Shown one piece after another: positions 48,013 to 63,130 of a stretch of DNA of 64,000 nt. Every line of letters starts with the position of its first letter. Within the stretch, counting starts at the first letter, position 1. Origin of the DNA: the human T2T-CHM13v2.0 reference genome, Homo sapiens; the NCBI RefSeq assembly GCF_009914755.1, contig NC_060938.1; one strand, 5' to 3'. Position numbers and translations under genes: made by a program. The notes under the pieces were generated by a model that saw nothing but the letters and a program-made list of their open reading frames with translations, searched no databases and was not told the origin of the DNA.

Positions 48013-48325
48013 TGTATGGTTTTATGAATTGTGTCTCCTTCAAATTCCTAGATTGAAGCCTAACCCCTAGTACCCCAAAATGTGGCTATATTTGGAGATA
48101 AGGGCTTTAAAGAGGCACTTCAGTTCAAATGGAGTTGTTACGATGGACCCTAATTCAATATATCTGGTGTAGTTATAGGAAAAGATGAGGATACACAGAG
48201 AGACACCAGGGCTGTGCATGCACAGAGGAAAGACCACAAGCACACAGCAAGAAGGGGGCTCTCTGAAAATCACGGAAGAAACCAAACCTGGCGGTACCTT
48301 GAGATAGCCTCCAGAACTGTGATGA
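48013..48325 (+). mobile_element. MLT1A-like LTR
   Basis: gaagcctaacccc...tttggagataagggctttaaagagg...agcctccagaactgtga. Confidence 0.75.
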
Positions 48326-48326
48326 T

Positions 48327-48607
48327 TTGTGTTTTTTTTTTTTTTTGAGACAGACTAGGGTGCAGTGGTACAATCTCAGCTCACTCTAACCTCCTCCTCC
48401 CGGGTTCAAGTGATTCTCTTGCCTCAGTCTCCTGAGTAGCTGGTACTACAGGCACATACCACCATGCCCGGCTAATTTTTGTATTTTTAGTAGAGATGGG
48501 GTTTCACCATATTGGCTAGCCTGGTCTCGAACTCTTGACTTCTCGTGATCTGCCTGCCTGGGCCTCCCAAAGTGCTAGGATTACAGGGGTGAGCCACTAT
48601 ACCCAGC
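48327..48607 (-). mobile_element. AluS
   Basis: Antisense Alu with a small deletion near the tail. Confidence 0.9.
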
Positions 48608-48647
48608 TGTGTTAAAGGTATTTTTAAATGACAGCCATAGCAAACTA

Positions 48648-48852
48648 CAGGTTGAGTATCCTTTACCTAAAATACTTGGGACCAGAAGTGTTTTGGATTT
48701 TGAATTTTTTAAGATTTTGGAGTATTTGCACTATACTTACCAGTTTTCCGTATCAGAAAATCTGAAATCTGAGCATCATCTCAGCACTCTAAAAGTTTCC
48801 AATTTTGAAGCATTTCAGATTTTTAATTTTCAGATTAGGGCTGTTCAACCTG
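48648..48852. mobile_element. Tigger4a/MER46-like MITE
   Basis: TIRs caggttgagtatcc / ggctgttcaacctg. Confidence 0.8.
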
Positions 48853-49067
48853 TTATATATATATGTGTGTAAATATATATGTGTGTGTGTGTATATATAT
48901 AGTGTGTGTGTGTGTATTTAGTTTTATAAGAAATTGTCAAGCTATTTTCTAAAGTGGCTGTGACATTTTGCAGTCTCACCAGTAATATATGAGCGTTCCA
49001 GTTGCTCTGCATCCTTGTCAGCACTTGGTACTGTCACAATTTTTAATTTTAGTCATTCCAGTAGGTA

Positions 49068-49370
49068 CAGTCATTGTTCAGTGTTCATAGGGAATTGACT
49101 TCAAGACCCCCTGCAGATACCAAAATCCGCAGATGTTCAAGTCCCTTATGTAAAATGATGTAGTATTTGTGTAAAACTACACACATCCTTATACTTTAAA
49201 TCATCTTTAGATTACGTATAGCACCTAATACAATGTAAATGCTAGTAAATAGTTGTTATACTATATTGTTCTTAAATTTGTATTATTTTTATTGTCTTTG
49301 TTATTTTATTTATTTTTCAAATATTTTCAATCCAAGGTTGGTTGAATCCACAGATATGGAGAGCTGATTA
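49068..49370. mobile_element. MER2 MITE
   Basis: cagataccaaaatccgcagatgttcaagtcccttat...ttggttgaatccacagat. Confidence 0.8.
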
Positions 49371-50088
49371 TATGCTGTAGGACTTAAATGTGTTTTAAAT
49401 TTGTATTTCCCTAATGACTTAATAATATTGAGCATCTTGTATTCTTCTTATTTGCCACTCAATATGGTTTTAATTTGCAATTTTCTGATGATTAGTGATA
49501 CTGGACACATACTTATTGGCCATTTGTAAGGTGCCTGCTCAAGTCTTTTACCCATTTAAAAAATAAGATGTCAGTCTTTTTCTTTTAGAGTTGTAGCTGT
49601 TCTTTACATGTTCTGGATACAAGTACTTTGTTGTGTATCTGTATTGCAAATGTCTTCTTCCAGGATTTAGCTTGCATGTCACTCTCTTAATGGTGTCTTT
49701 TCATAAAAAGAATTTTAATGAAGTATTATTTTCAATGTATAGTGTTATGCTTATTTTTAAATCTATGACAAATTTTTGTCTATGTCAAGATTTTAAAGGT
49801 ATTCTCCTATGTTTTCTTCTAAAACTATTATTTTATTCTTCATACTTAGGTCTATGTCCATTTCAAATTAATTTTTTGTGCATGTATATATGAGATAGGC
49901 AGCATATTCCCTTGTCCAATTGATTCACCACTATTTACTAAAAAAAATGCACAAAATTTAACTATGGATAATATTTGCAGAATGGAAGGCAGTGGTATTC
50001 CAACATGAGAAAATGGAAGGCATTACCAATGAAATAATATATTTAGGAATGGGTAAGTAGGTCTGTTTGAGGTGGACGTCAATTTATC

Positions 50089-50255
50089 TTTTTTCTTTTT
50101 TTTTTTTTTTGACAGGGTCTTGCTCCGTTGCCCAGACAGGAGTGCAGTGATGCAATCATAGCTCACTGTAGCCTCGAACTCCTGCGCTCAAGCGATCTTT
50201 CTGCCTCAGCCTCTTGAGTCGCTGGGACTACAAGGGTATGCAACCATGCCCAGCT
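50089..50255 (-). mobile_element. Alu right monomer (FRAM/AluJ-like)
   Basis: gcaatcatagctcactgtagcctcgaactcctg. Confidence 0.85.
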
Positions 50256-52369
50256 AGGATGTCAAATTTTAACGTCTATACGTATTATCTATTATAAATG
50301 TTGATTCCTGGATATGCCTCCATTCTTTTCTCTCCCTCCCTACCCCTGCAACATTCAGACCAAGAGGTCTGGTGTGGATCACAATTTGTGAGTTACACTT
50401 TGAAAAATGCTGGTAAAATCAGGGTAGGTGCTGTCCTGTCTCTCTTTCTCAGATCAAGCTTATATAATTACCTTAAAAACTCTGTGGACTTCCTGAGTGT
50501 CAGTTTATAATCCACCCACCATATAAAAGCCAAGCCCACAAACCTCTTGATATAAGTATCTTCCTGGACTCTCTGAAGTTGTTGTGGGACAATGACCTTA
50601 CATTCCTGGAGGCCCTGCTGTTTAAACAGAGAAAGTCTGCAAGATAAACTCTTAAAATCCCCAGAAGGCCTTCTTCTGTCTGTCTGCTAGGACCTAGGAG
50701 ATGCCACCTTAAATTTCCCTGACTTCTTAATAAAAGATCTCACAGCTCTATGCTAGATTTGGTTTTGCTCTGAAGCTATTTGATAATAGTTTCCTGCCTA
50801 ACATAGACTCCTACCACTGATGGGACAAGAGTAACTAAAAGATTTGTGAAAAGACACTGGAAAAAAAAACTTTAGAAATCATTCAACCTGAAGCTTTGTG
50901 TAATGCTTTGGCTGTTAATTTGAACTCCTCCTTCTAATAAAAACTTTCTTTGCAAAATACTTATTTTCTTTTCTCAATAATAAATGACTTTTGACAAAAC
51001 TATTTAAAGAACTTAGTGGAGCATTGATGCTTGGGTCTGGTCTTTTTAGCACTCTTAATATTATATCCTCTATTGTCAGGCTAGAAGCTGAAAGGTGTTT
51101 GTTGCTGCTAATCTTGGTGCTTCTGTAATCTTGGTTTCTTTTCAAACCCCTGAACGAGTGGGAATTGAGATCTCCCATAACGGTCCAAATACACTCAATA
51201 GAAGAAAATTAAGTTATAAAATAATAAATTTTAAACCCAAAGAAGGAAAACAGTGGTAAAAAATATTTTTCTTTAGAAATCCCCTTTCTTTCCTGGCAAT
51301 TTTACAGGAGGTAGACTCTGACAAACTGGAGTGAGTTTCTAAGCATAACGAATATCTCTTGGTTACAATTTAAATGGCGTCACAAATTCTGTTCTTCTTT
51401 ATTGTTAACCTCAAAAAATTAGAGGACTGATTCATAAGAGCAAAATACAAGACCAGTAGTCAATTTACCCCATTATTTGACTGAGATTAGCACCAGTGGA
51501 GGATTTGTGGGATGGTATTGTTTTATCTCAGTTGTTTCTTATATGAAATGAAATAAATCTTAATCTTGGTTTTTGAGTTCTACTCTGTGGTTGGTGCTGT
51601 AAGCCAGGTCCATATGGAAGCAGATCTTTTGACAATCACAGACGTTATTACCAAGACACAATAGAAAATGGGACTTAGCAGACCAAGGTCCCTCATCAAC
51701 AAGCTCTCATTGAGTAGTGATTTTTGATGAGATGCTAGAGAACACTGAGGTTTTGAAACTCAGAATTCACGATCATTATACAAGCAAAAATAAATTACTC
51801 ACTACATCAAATGTGCAAGTGTAATTTTTGGTCAATTGAGGAAATAAATGCCTGGTGAACATGACAAATCATAAGCTAAAACAAAAATAATGAAGTTCTA
51901 ATATTAGGGCAGTTGCAGATGAACATGAAATATTTGGGTTTGGGTTAGATGATTTCTATGATCCCTTCTTGAACATAAATTTTCCATGGTGCTGGAAAAA
52001 TTAGATTGATGAGAGAATTCATTTAAAAAACTAAATATCAAGTAGTACATCATTCTGGGAAAATATGAGTAAAGAACAAAAATGAGCTCAAGTATATGAC
52101 ATGCAGGGTTTTCCCTTCAGCTTGCCAGGGAAGCACTACTCCATCCTCAAAGGCATAGGAGCCACTGAGGATGATGTCTGTGGATAGAAGTAAGCCAGTG
52201 AAGGAGCAAGCCAATGCTATCTGCAAACATTTCTCCCTGGGATGCCAAATAAGTTTGCGTGTCATCAAGGATCTACTTTGGGAGGATTGGGATGGATTCT
52301 GCTTGGCATAAACAAGATCCACTCTAAAGCAAATGTATTGAGTGTCTACGATGTCCTAGGGAAGTTAGC

Positions 52370-52481
52370 TGGGTAACCAATTGTCCCAAGCTGCCTAGGA
52401 CTAAGGGATTTTCCAGCATGTGAGACTTTGAGTGATATAACTGAAAAAGTCTCAGACAAACTGGTATGAGATGGTTAATGC
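52370..52481. mobile_element. MER94-like hAT MITE
   Basis: gggtaaccaattgtccc...gactttgagtg...aaagtctcagacaaactgg...tggttaa. Confidence 0.65.
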
Positions 52482-52640
52482 AGTTACAAGAAAATCAAGC
52501 AGGGGTCAGATCCCCTTGGTAGTATGGATCCATGATTCCAGTAAGAATAGCATATCCCTTCTCTGTCTGTTCGGTGGCTGGAAAAACACATAAACGACCA
52601 CCTGGAAGCCTCAACTGTCAGATCAAATAGGATATATTTA

Positions 52641-53027
<387 letters not shown>

Positions 53028-53329
53028 TTAAGAGCCATTCTCACTTCTTCCTTTTGGTTTCTGCACCTATATATTTTGTCTACAGATTTTTTAAAAAGTC
53101 ATACAGATTTGTAGCTGATTTGGAGCACACATATTGCATCTGGTAGAACAGCACTCTAATGCCTCGGTCTCTGTCTCTCATTTGTCACCAAAGCTGTTTT
53201 TTTGATAGCCATTCCAACCATTCTGTAATGTTAGCTGCTGCTTGTGAATTCTTTGCCCATTGTCTCACTCTGCTGTGATTATCAGTTTGTCAGAAGCAAT
53301 GGTGTGTGGTGTGTCAGAAGAGCCATGTG

Positions 53330-54110
<781 letters not shown>

Positions 54111-55115
54111 CTCTGTGTCATGAGACTTGGCATCTAGAGAAATTATTCTACAGCCTTCATGGAATAATGATTTGTAACAGAGCTTGGAATCTATTTGCTT
54201 TTTCTCATAAATAGAAAATTTCCAAAACAATATACAGAAGTACCAAAAGGTGGCTTTAAAAAAATTGTTGACTCAGAAGAAATTGGTATACTGGAGATGT
54301 GGTCAAAAATAAATGGAACAAAGCCTATGAAGGTTAACAGAGCTGTCATGCTACAGGGGGAAAAACACTGGGTAAGGGCTGGCTGGGGTCCAAGTGTTAT
54401 CACAAAGGAACTGAATAGGAGTCAGTAAACAGGAGCGAGGGTTAAAATGTGAGCACCACTTCAGAGGACAAAAATTTTTGAATGCATGTTTTACATTCAA
54501 ACACCTAACAGGATGCTATGCACGTTATAAATATTTGCTGACTTGATTTGATTTGTTGCTACTGATCTGCCCTCGCCTGGTCATATTAAGAGTTATTTGG
54601 ACAGCAGTGGTGATGGTTTATGCTGACATATCGACATTCTCTAGCCTGATTCCTCAGGCCAGGTTTATCCCTGCAACATAGTTGGTCAGGATGAAGGTTG
54701 TGCAGGCAGTGAAAGAGAACTTTTTTGTTTTTCTTTTATATGACACATATATGACAGCCTGCTGCCTGTATGTTGACCAAATTTTTTATTTAGGCCTTGT
54801 TGAAGAGCTAATACTGATCACCTAAAACTGATCTAACTTTCCAAGCAAATAAAACTTGTCAAGTGAGGACTAAAGAACTACAAAGTAACCTTCCATTACT
54901 GGGAGCATTCTTTAGGGATCTTACTAGCAAAAGTGTAGCATTCATTATTAAAGAGAGCCATGGAAAATCTTCCAGAGACTTCCCCAACCACACCCCAACC
55001 CCCCAGAGAGGAGGAGAGCACTAGCAGCATAAGATGCATGGGTAATTAGATTAGAGGATAAAGACTGCAAGGCTGATTTTTAATAAACACTTTAAAGTAT
55101 TTACAAAAAAAGTGA

Positions 55116-55513
<398 letters not shown>

Positions 55514-56234
55514 TCAATAGCCATAGTTTTCTTTTGGATTTTTCCCTCAGTATTTTATTGTGAAAATTGGGAAGCATGCAGAAATGTTGAAAAACAGTGC
55601 AATGTACACCTGCACACCTACCACTTAGACCGAACAACTGTTGACATTTTTCCATGTTATCTATATATATATTTACTAAATCATTTGAAATGAAAGTAAG
55701 TTAGACATCATTAATTTACTCCTAAGTACTTAAATGGGTGTTTCTGAAACACAAGGATATTGTACATAATTCTGTAGTATAAGCACATATATAATCATTC
55801 CCAATAAAATTAACAAGTCCTCTAATATTCAATATTCAGTCCATATTCAAATACCTCCCATTTGTACCAAAAACATCTTTTATAACTTTGTTTTTTGTAT
55901 GAGGATCCAATCAAGGGTAACTTACCATGTTTCTTTGATCCGTCTCTTTGGTCTTTTAAAATATATAATAGTCTTCCCAAATTTATTTGTTAATTTTAAA
56001 GTCAGAAAGAAATAGATGTTAAAAAAAACAACAACCCAGGATATTATTTAAAAGTTTTGCATGTGTTACTTCATTTAGTATTTACTAAAACAATTACAAT
56101 AAAAGTATGCTGGTATTTAAAAAGAAATAAAAATGTTAGGGTTATCTCTAGATATAAAACTATAGGTGATTTTTCAAAACTTCTTTTTATTTTTTTCACA
56201 ATGAACATGCAATTTAAAACGTTTATAAGATTGA

Positions 56235-56586
<352 letters not shown>

Positions 56587-56660
56587 TTAAACCTTTAAAC
56601 ACTGGGTAAGTAGCTGCTGAGAAAGGGTGTTGAATTATATGTAAAGCTTTTAAAAATAAA

Positions 56661-56961
56661 GGTTGGGAACTGTGGCTCGCGCCTGTAATCCCAGCCCATT
56701 GGGAGGTTGAGGCGAACAGATCACTTGAGCCCAGGAGTTCGAGACCACCCTGGGCAAAATGGCGAAACCCTGTCTCTACAAAAAATAAAAAATTTAGCCT
56801 AGTGTGGTGGCGTGTGCCTGTAGTCCCAGCTATTTGAGGGGGCTGACGTAGGTAGACTGCTTGAGCCCCAGAGGTCAAGGCTGCAGTGAGCTGACATTGC
56901 GCCACTGCACTCCAGCCTGGGCATCAGGAGTGAGACATTGTCCTTCCGCCCCTGCAAAAAA
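56661..56961 (+). mobile_element. AluJ
   Basis: gaggtcaaggctgcagtgagctg. Confidence 0.9.
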
Positions 56962-57074
56962 GGATTCCCACCTATGTGGTGAGGCTAAGAGTGGTTTGGG
57001 CTAAAAGTGAGAAGAAAGAGATCAAATCTCCCTTTTCTCCTGCTGTTCAAGCAGGTTGTAAACTAGCCTGTTGG

Positions 57075-58125
57075 CATGTAGGGAATAGTTTGGTAGAGAG
57101 GAAGGAGCTTGAACTTTAGAGTTTCAGTCCCAGCTCTGCCACTTAGTAGCCATTTGACCTTAGGCAAGTTATTTTATTCATTCTTTCTATTTTTTCCTCC
57201 TTTTGCACACTTCTTTGCTGTGAATTATTTCCTTTCCTAAGCCTGCTTTCTCATCTGTAAAGTGAGCATAATTACATCCCATGAGGTTGTTATAATTGGC
57301 AATTATATATAGTATATGAAAAGTAGCTACTAGGGTGGTTATTATTATTCAGATACATTATAGGTTAAATAATGCCTATTTATATTTAGACCCTATGAGG
57401 TGGTTACTCTGTTATATAGTTATATGCTATTTTGTAGTTTAAAAATATTTTAAAATACATTATCTCATTTATTAATAATTCTCACACTCTTAGAGCTAAC
57501 TCTTGGCCTCCACTAACTAGTGAGGAAACTAAAGCTCTGGGAAGTGAAGTGACTTGTCCAATGTCTCATTACTAGAAAGGGACAGAACCGGGAGGAAAAT
57601 CAGGTTTTGTAGTTGCAAATTCAATACCTAAAAAAAATTCTTATAAGGAAGTGTATAAAAAAAAATCACAAAATCAAGCATCCAAGTGGCTTGGATTTTT
57701 TCTTTCAATTGCCAGGTGTACTTGGACAAAAATGTACACATTTCAATGCTACATTCTTTCTGTTAGAAAAATTTACATGAAACTGGTTGATAGCCAGTAT
57801 AATATTGCTGATTTAAAGTTACATATCTATTATTATGCAAGTGACAAAAAACATATCATAAGCAAAAATTGCGTATAAATGAAAATTCACATTTTAATAG
57901 TTTGTATACCTGAAGATTTACACCTTGGGAGTCAACATGGTATTGGGGCACGTACATGGGAATCGGAGTCAAAGAGCTCTAGGGTCAAGTAGCAGTTTGT
58001 GAGCCTTGTGTCTTTGCACTAGTTAGTTACCCGTGTGAGCCTGATACTACAATATGGGGTTGTTTCGAAGACCACATGAGCTAAGATACGTTAAATACCT
58101 GGCACAGTGCATATGCACAAATACT
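57075..58125. mobile_element. Cluster of MIR fragments
   Basis: cccagctctgccacttagtagc...gaccttaggcaagtt; tgaggaaactaaagctctgggaagtgaagtgacttgtcc; cctggcacagtg. Confidence 0.7.
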
Positions 58126-58399
58126 AGTTTCTCTGTCCTCATTTAATCCATTAATTTCCAATTCACTGGCAGCCTTTGAGGATGGGAGACATTAAGGTGG
58201 TTTTAATCATGTTAAGTAATGTTACATAATAGCTTTACCTCTCTACCTACTTCTGCCCAAATTTCCCTTGAAAGGCTCCAGGGATGTCTTGAGACTGTAT
58301 GAACAAAGTAGAAACTTCCTTCTGCTTGAATAAGATTTCTTGCAGCTATTTAAAAGACTGGAAGAAGGCTGTTCCATTTATCTATTACATGACGAATTA

Positions 58400-58885
58400 T
58401 AAAAAATTACAAAAATTATTTTATTTGTATGGGGTCAGAATTCTGTGGGGTCAGAAACTCAGGCAGTGCTTGGTTAAGTGATATTTTTGCTCCACATGGT
58501 ATTAACTGGGGTCGCTTGGTGGCATTTAGCTTGTAGCATGGATGGTCTGGAGTTCAAGAAGGCTTCATTTATATTTCTGTCATCTTGATGGGGACAGTTG
58601 GAAGATGGTGCAGCTGAGCCCCTCTCCCACCCAATGTAGTCTCAGGGCCTCTCTACATGGTTTTTCCAGCAGGGTAGATGAACTTTTTACATGGATCTAA
58701 GAGACAGTGAGTGGAACTGCCTGTCTCGTATAGCCTGGACCCAGAAGTTGGCAAAGCGTCACTTCTGCCATATTCATTGGTCACAGCAGTCACAGAACCC
58801 TCCCAAATTCAAGAGGGAGGTCTACAGATCCCACCTTTCACGCAATGAGTGGCAGATAATTTTCAGTCATCTTTAATCTGTTATG
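58400..58885 (-). mobile_element. MLT1H/I-like LTR (antisense)
   Basis: ttctgtggggtcagaaactcagg...tcacttctgccatattcattggtca. Confidence 0.65.
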
Positions 58886-59659
58886 ACAGCACATGCTTGA
58901 AGACACAGGTCAAAAGAGCACAGTGCAGACCTTTATGAAGCACCTTTCTGTGACAGATACTTTGCTAGAATAGCTAATGACTTCTAGATCTGCAGCTGAA
59001 GAAGTTTCGATGAACCTTCCGTCTCCATTACTTGGGTGAAAGTGGACCTGGAATCCTCCAGCTGCTTCCATTATACTTTCATTTCTGCTATCCCTGATCT
59101 TGTGGAGTCAAGAGATATAATCTGTTACTCACGCATTACTCAAATCTCTACACAAGTCACCACTTATGGGAAAACTACCCTAGTCAAAACAGGAATAGCC
59201 AGCTTGTTCTCCATCTGCAGGGCAGGCATGTATTATTTGTCTTTAAAACTTTCCCCAAACTCAGAAAAAAGAGTTGTTACACGCAAAAAATTCAGAAGAC
59301 AGTCTTCAGTAAATTGCAATTTTGTTAAATTAAAAAAAAATAGGATGTGTGCTCTTTAGGTAACAGTGTTTAGACTTTATAGTTTTCAATAAAATTTAAT
59401 TTCTTAGTTGTTGCAACTAGAGGTACCTCAGATGCTGGGTGTGTTGCTAATCCTTTTTAACAAGTTAGTTGTTGGTTTCAGTGACACTGGAGGGTAGTAA
59501 ATAGCAGCCAAAGTTAATTATATCGTAGGTTAATTATATGTGTTAACTATAGCTAATTATATTATACTACACTTTAAAACCTAGAGGGTTGGTGTTAATT
59601 CATAATAGGGCTTGCCTATTATGCATAACACTAGAGAAGCATAGCATTTCTAGTGAATC

Positions 59660-59952
59660 TTTTTTTTTTTTAAGACAGAGTCTTGCTCTGTTGCCCAGGC
59701 TGGAGTGCAGTGGCACCATCTTGGCTCACTGCAACCTCTGCCTCCTGGGTTCAAGCGATCCTCCTGCTCAGCCTCCCCAGTAGCTGGGATTATAGGCACC
59801 TGCCACCATGCCCAGCTAAGTTTTGTATTTTTAGTAGAGCTGGGGTTTCACCATGTTGGCCATGGTGGTCTCGAACTCCCGACCTCAGGTGATCCACCCA
59901 GCTCGGCCTCCCAAAGTGCTGGGATTACAGGTGTCAGCCACTGCGCCCGGCC
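59660..59952 (-). mobile_element. AluS
   Basis: TSD tctagt(g/a)aatcttttt. Confidence 0.95.
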
Positions 59953-60324
59953 TCTAGTAAATCTTTTTGTTTTGATGTGAATAAATAGAAAGCTTATAAA
60001 AAATAAAGCATTCAACCACTTCCCTTTCTATAGTCAAAGTTCAAACGCCAGAAAAGCCGAAATAGGTGATACAAAGTCATCCTTTAGTATAAGCAGTAGT
60101 ATGTTTTGAGAAAATCCTAAACTCCACTCATTGTCTTACTTACAAGTGCACCGAAATATTATTGCCTGTAAATGACATTGCGGTTTTACTGGTCAGGAAA
60201 ATGAATGATATAAATTTTTAATTCTAACCTAAAACCTGCGTTAGTACTAACCTGAGGAAATAACATGGTTGTTTGTAAGCTAATCAAGAGCCCTTAAACT
60301 CCATTACATAAATGATACACTTAC

Positions 60325-60456
60325 CCTTTGTATTAAGGGACTAACGGCTTCGCTTTTCAACAAAGCTGGATCTTCTGGCACACGCTCAGAAGATAGCCAG
60401 TACTTCAGAGACAGATTGCTTTGAGGGCACTGGAACCGCTGAGGGGCAGAGTAATC
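60325..60456 (-). ncRNA. KTN1-AS1: Candidate internal exon of the divergent antisense lncRNA
   Basis: On the - strand: acceptor cctcttttttctttctcattag|G and donor AGG|gtaagt, giving 132 nt about 1.4 kb from the CpG-island promoter. Gene name from prior knowledge of the locus. Confidence 0.55.
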
Positions 60457-61039
60457 CTAATGAGAAAGAAAAAAGAGGACGCCTCTGGAGTTAAAATAAG
60501 ACAATGCATCTGTGGAGAACACGGTGACTGAAGACTGGCAGAATTCTCAATATCTCAGGCCACTATACACTGCGCAGTTTTCATTTGTATTTTGGAGGTG
60601 CTCTAGAAAACTTAGAAATGATTAGAATAAAAAGTATGGATACTTTTAACCAGCCCATGTACAGGAAATTCTGTTGGTGTAGAAACGGTTCTGCTGTTCA
60701 TTCCTTAACTGCTTCTGTTCCCACTTTGTCAGATGTAGGGCGAGGTGGTGGTGGTGAGTCCTAATTTTTTCTATCTCTATCCACAGTCTGGAATCGTTAG
60801 GATTATTTTAAGCCTTCATAACATTTGCGGACAGCTTGGAGTGTTTTGTACATGTAGTGGGGCAGTGCCTGGCCTCCTGTGAGAGATTGATCATCGGTAA
60901 ACAATCCACACGAAACTCACTTGCCAGTGGACGGGGAGGATCGCTGCCATCCTTTCAGCAAAGAGCAAACGAATAAGGAGAGATCCGGGCCCATCCCTCC
61001 TCGCGCAGCAGTTTCTAGATTTTTACCCCGGCTTCATAA

Positions 61040-61464
<425 letters not shown>

Positions 61465-61934
61465 TAGCTAGCGTTGCCCGAAGGAGATTTCAGAGAGATC
61501 CCCTGGAGAAAGGGACGGGGGATGTCGTTTTCCAGTAATTTCTGGGGGAAATCTGGGATAGTCAGGGGGTAAATCTAGTGCCGTTTGCTGAAGTTAAAAG
61601 GCGTGGGGAGCCAGGTGGTGCCCTGGAGGGAGGGCCGCGCGAGACGAGACCAACCTTCGGGACAGGGGAGAGCGGGGCTACTGAACGCAGGGGATTCCGC
61701 TGAGCCTCCAGCCCCTGAGCGTCCACCTTCGGCCCAGCTGGGGGACGCGGTCTCGGGAAGAAAGCCCGGAATCCCGAGCCGGCCAGCCGCGAGCAGCGAG
61801 TACCGGAGCGCGTGGGCAGGCGCGCGGAGGCAGAGGCGGGCCGGCGGCTGTCCCTTTAAGGGGCCGGTCTCCCGGCGCCGCCGGCCCAGACGCCAGGACG
61901 TGCCGGGTCCGCCCCGCCCCGCCCCGAAGCCGCC

Positions 61935-61972
61935 CGTTTCCTGCCGAGCGGCGCGACGGCACCTGAGCGACT

Positions 61973-62004
<32 letters not shown>

Positions 62005-62073
62005 GAGCGGGCGGCCCGGGCTGTAGTGCCGGCGCCGCCGCGTCTTCCCGGTCTCCTTTCCCGGCCGCACAGG
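61935..62073 (+). other. KTN1: Non-coding first exon (5'UTR) of kinectin 1; intron 1 runs to the window end
   Basis: Donor CACAGG|gtgagg at 62073/62074 and no ATG in the exon. Sequence recognised from memory as the KTN1 5'UTR, consistent with the neighbouring ABI1 pseudogene on 14q. TSS position approximate. Confidence 0.75.
61973..61999 (+). repeat. (GCG)9 / (CGG)8 trinucleotide repeat in the 5'UTR
   Basis: Pure repeat, directly counted. Confidence 0.97.
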
Positions 62074-63130
62074 GTGAGGGAGAGCAGGCCGCACCGGGAC
62101 GGGCGCCGGCGGCGGGGAGCGCGGGGGGAGGCGGCGCCGGCCGCGGGGTCCTGGGGCAGGCGGGAGGGCCGCGCCGGGCGGGGGGGCGCGGCCGCGGGGC
62201 CCGGACGCCGCCCGCTGGGTAGGCCTCGGGCATCCGGTTGCCGCCGCGGGGCTCTTGTTGGGGCCGGGACGCCGCAGGGGGCGGGCTCGGAGGGACCTCC
62301 TCGGCCTCGCGGGGCCGCTCTGGGCCCGACCCCGGCTCTGTCGCGGCACCCGGGGCGCGGCCGAGGGACACCCCCCACCCTCCCCAAGGACGACTCTCCC
62401 GAAGGCGAGGTCGACCCGAGCGGGCCCTGGGGTGACCGAGGCACCTATTTTTAGCCAAGCCTGAGGGCCCCCGGGAGGGAAGGCGGATTACCGCCTCCTC
62501 GGCCGGTGGACGGAGGCAGCGCGTCTCCGGCGGCGTCCCCGGGCCGGAGCTGGGCCACACTTACGCCATGCTGGAGTTCCAGTCCTCGCCGCTGCCTCCG
62601 GCGGTCTGGGCGCTCGCCCCCTTCCCCGGCGCCCCTCCCGCTGCCCTTTGCGAGTCCCCAGGTCAGGGCGGGAGGCGGTTGGGCACGGAAAGCAGCATGA
62701 GGGGGGACTTTGGAAAAATCCATGGACCACTCTCGACACCGGCGAAGTTATCCCTTCCTGTCCCCGAGGGGTGTGTCCTAGCGATTCGGCCTGACCCCTT
62801 CAGTTTCCAAAAGTGAGATTTTTGGCCTTGGGGACCTCGCCGGAAAACTACGCGGGAAGTCTAGAGAAGTCGTCTGGCTCTCAGCCATACGTCTGGTGTG
62901 GGATGTGCAGCCCCGCATGCTGGCGGTGAAGGCGCTGGGTGCACTAGATGTGGGCAGCCCCGGACGCGGGCAGCGGCGTCCCAGCCGGCCCCAGTTGCAC
63001 CTTGACTAGGTTAGGTTGAAAGTAAGCTGTTCAGTGTTGGCCCTTCTTTCCTGTGGGAGGAAGGAGGAATCTAAATTCAGAACTGTGTTGGCAAACGGAT
63101 TCCTTAGCCGCTATTTAAGTTAGTAGTGCT

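Larger units (their letters stand above)
61590..63000. promoter_or_regulatory. KTN1: CpG island / TATA-less (probably bidirectional) promoter with GC boxes at ~61908-61926
   Basis: Very high GC and CpG density; ccgccccgcccgccccg Sp1-type boxes; ETS-like tttcctg near the presumed TSS. Confidence 0.93.

Noticed and set aside
59510-59562. Repeated gttaattata-like motifs (homeodomain-like sites)
   Set aside because: AT-rich low-complexity sequence; cannot be distinguished from slippage without functional data.
61575-62816. Long ORFs on both strands (289, 289, 234, 223 aa) over the CpG island
   Set aside because: Expected from stop-codon scarcity in GC-rich DNA. They are low-complexity Pro/Arg/Gly/Ala, have mostly non-ATG starts, and run through the splice donor.
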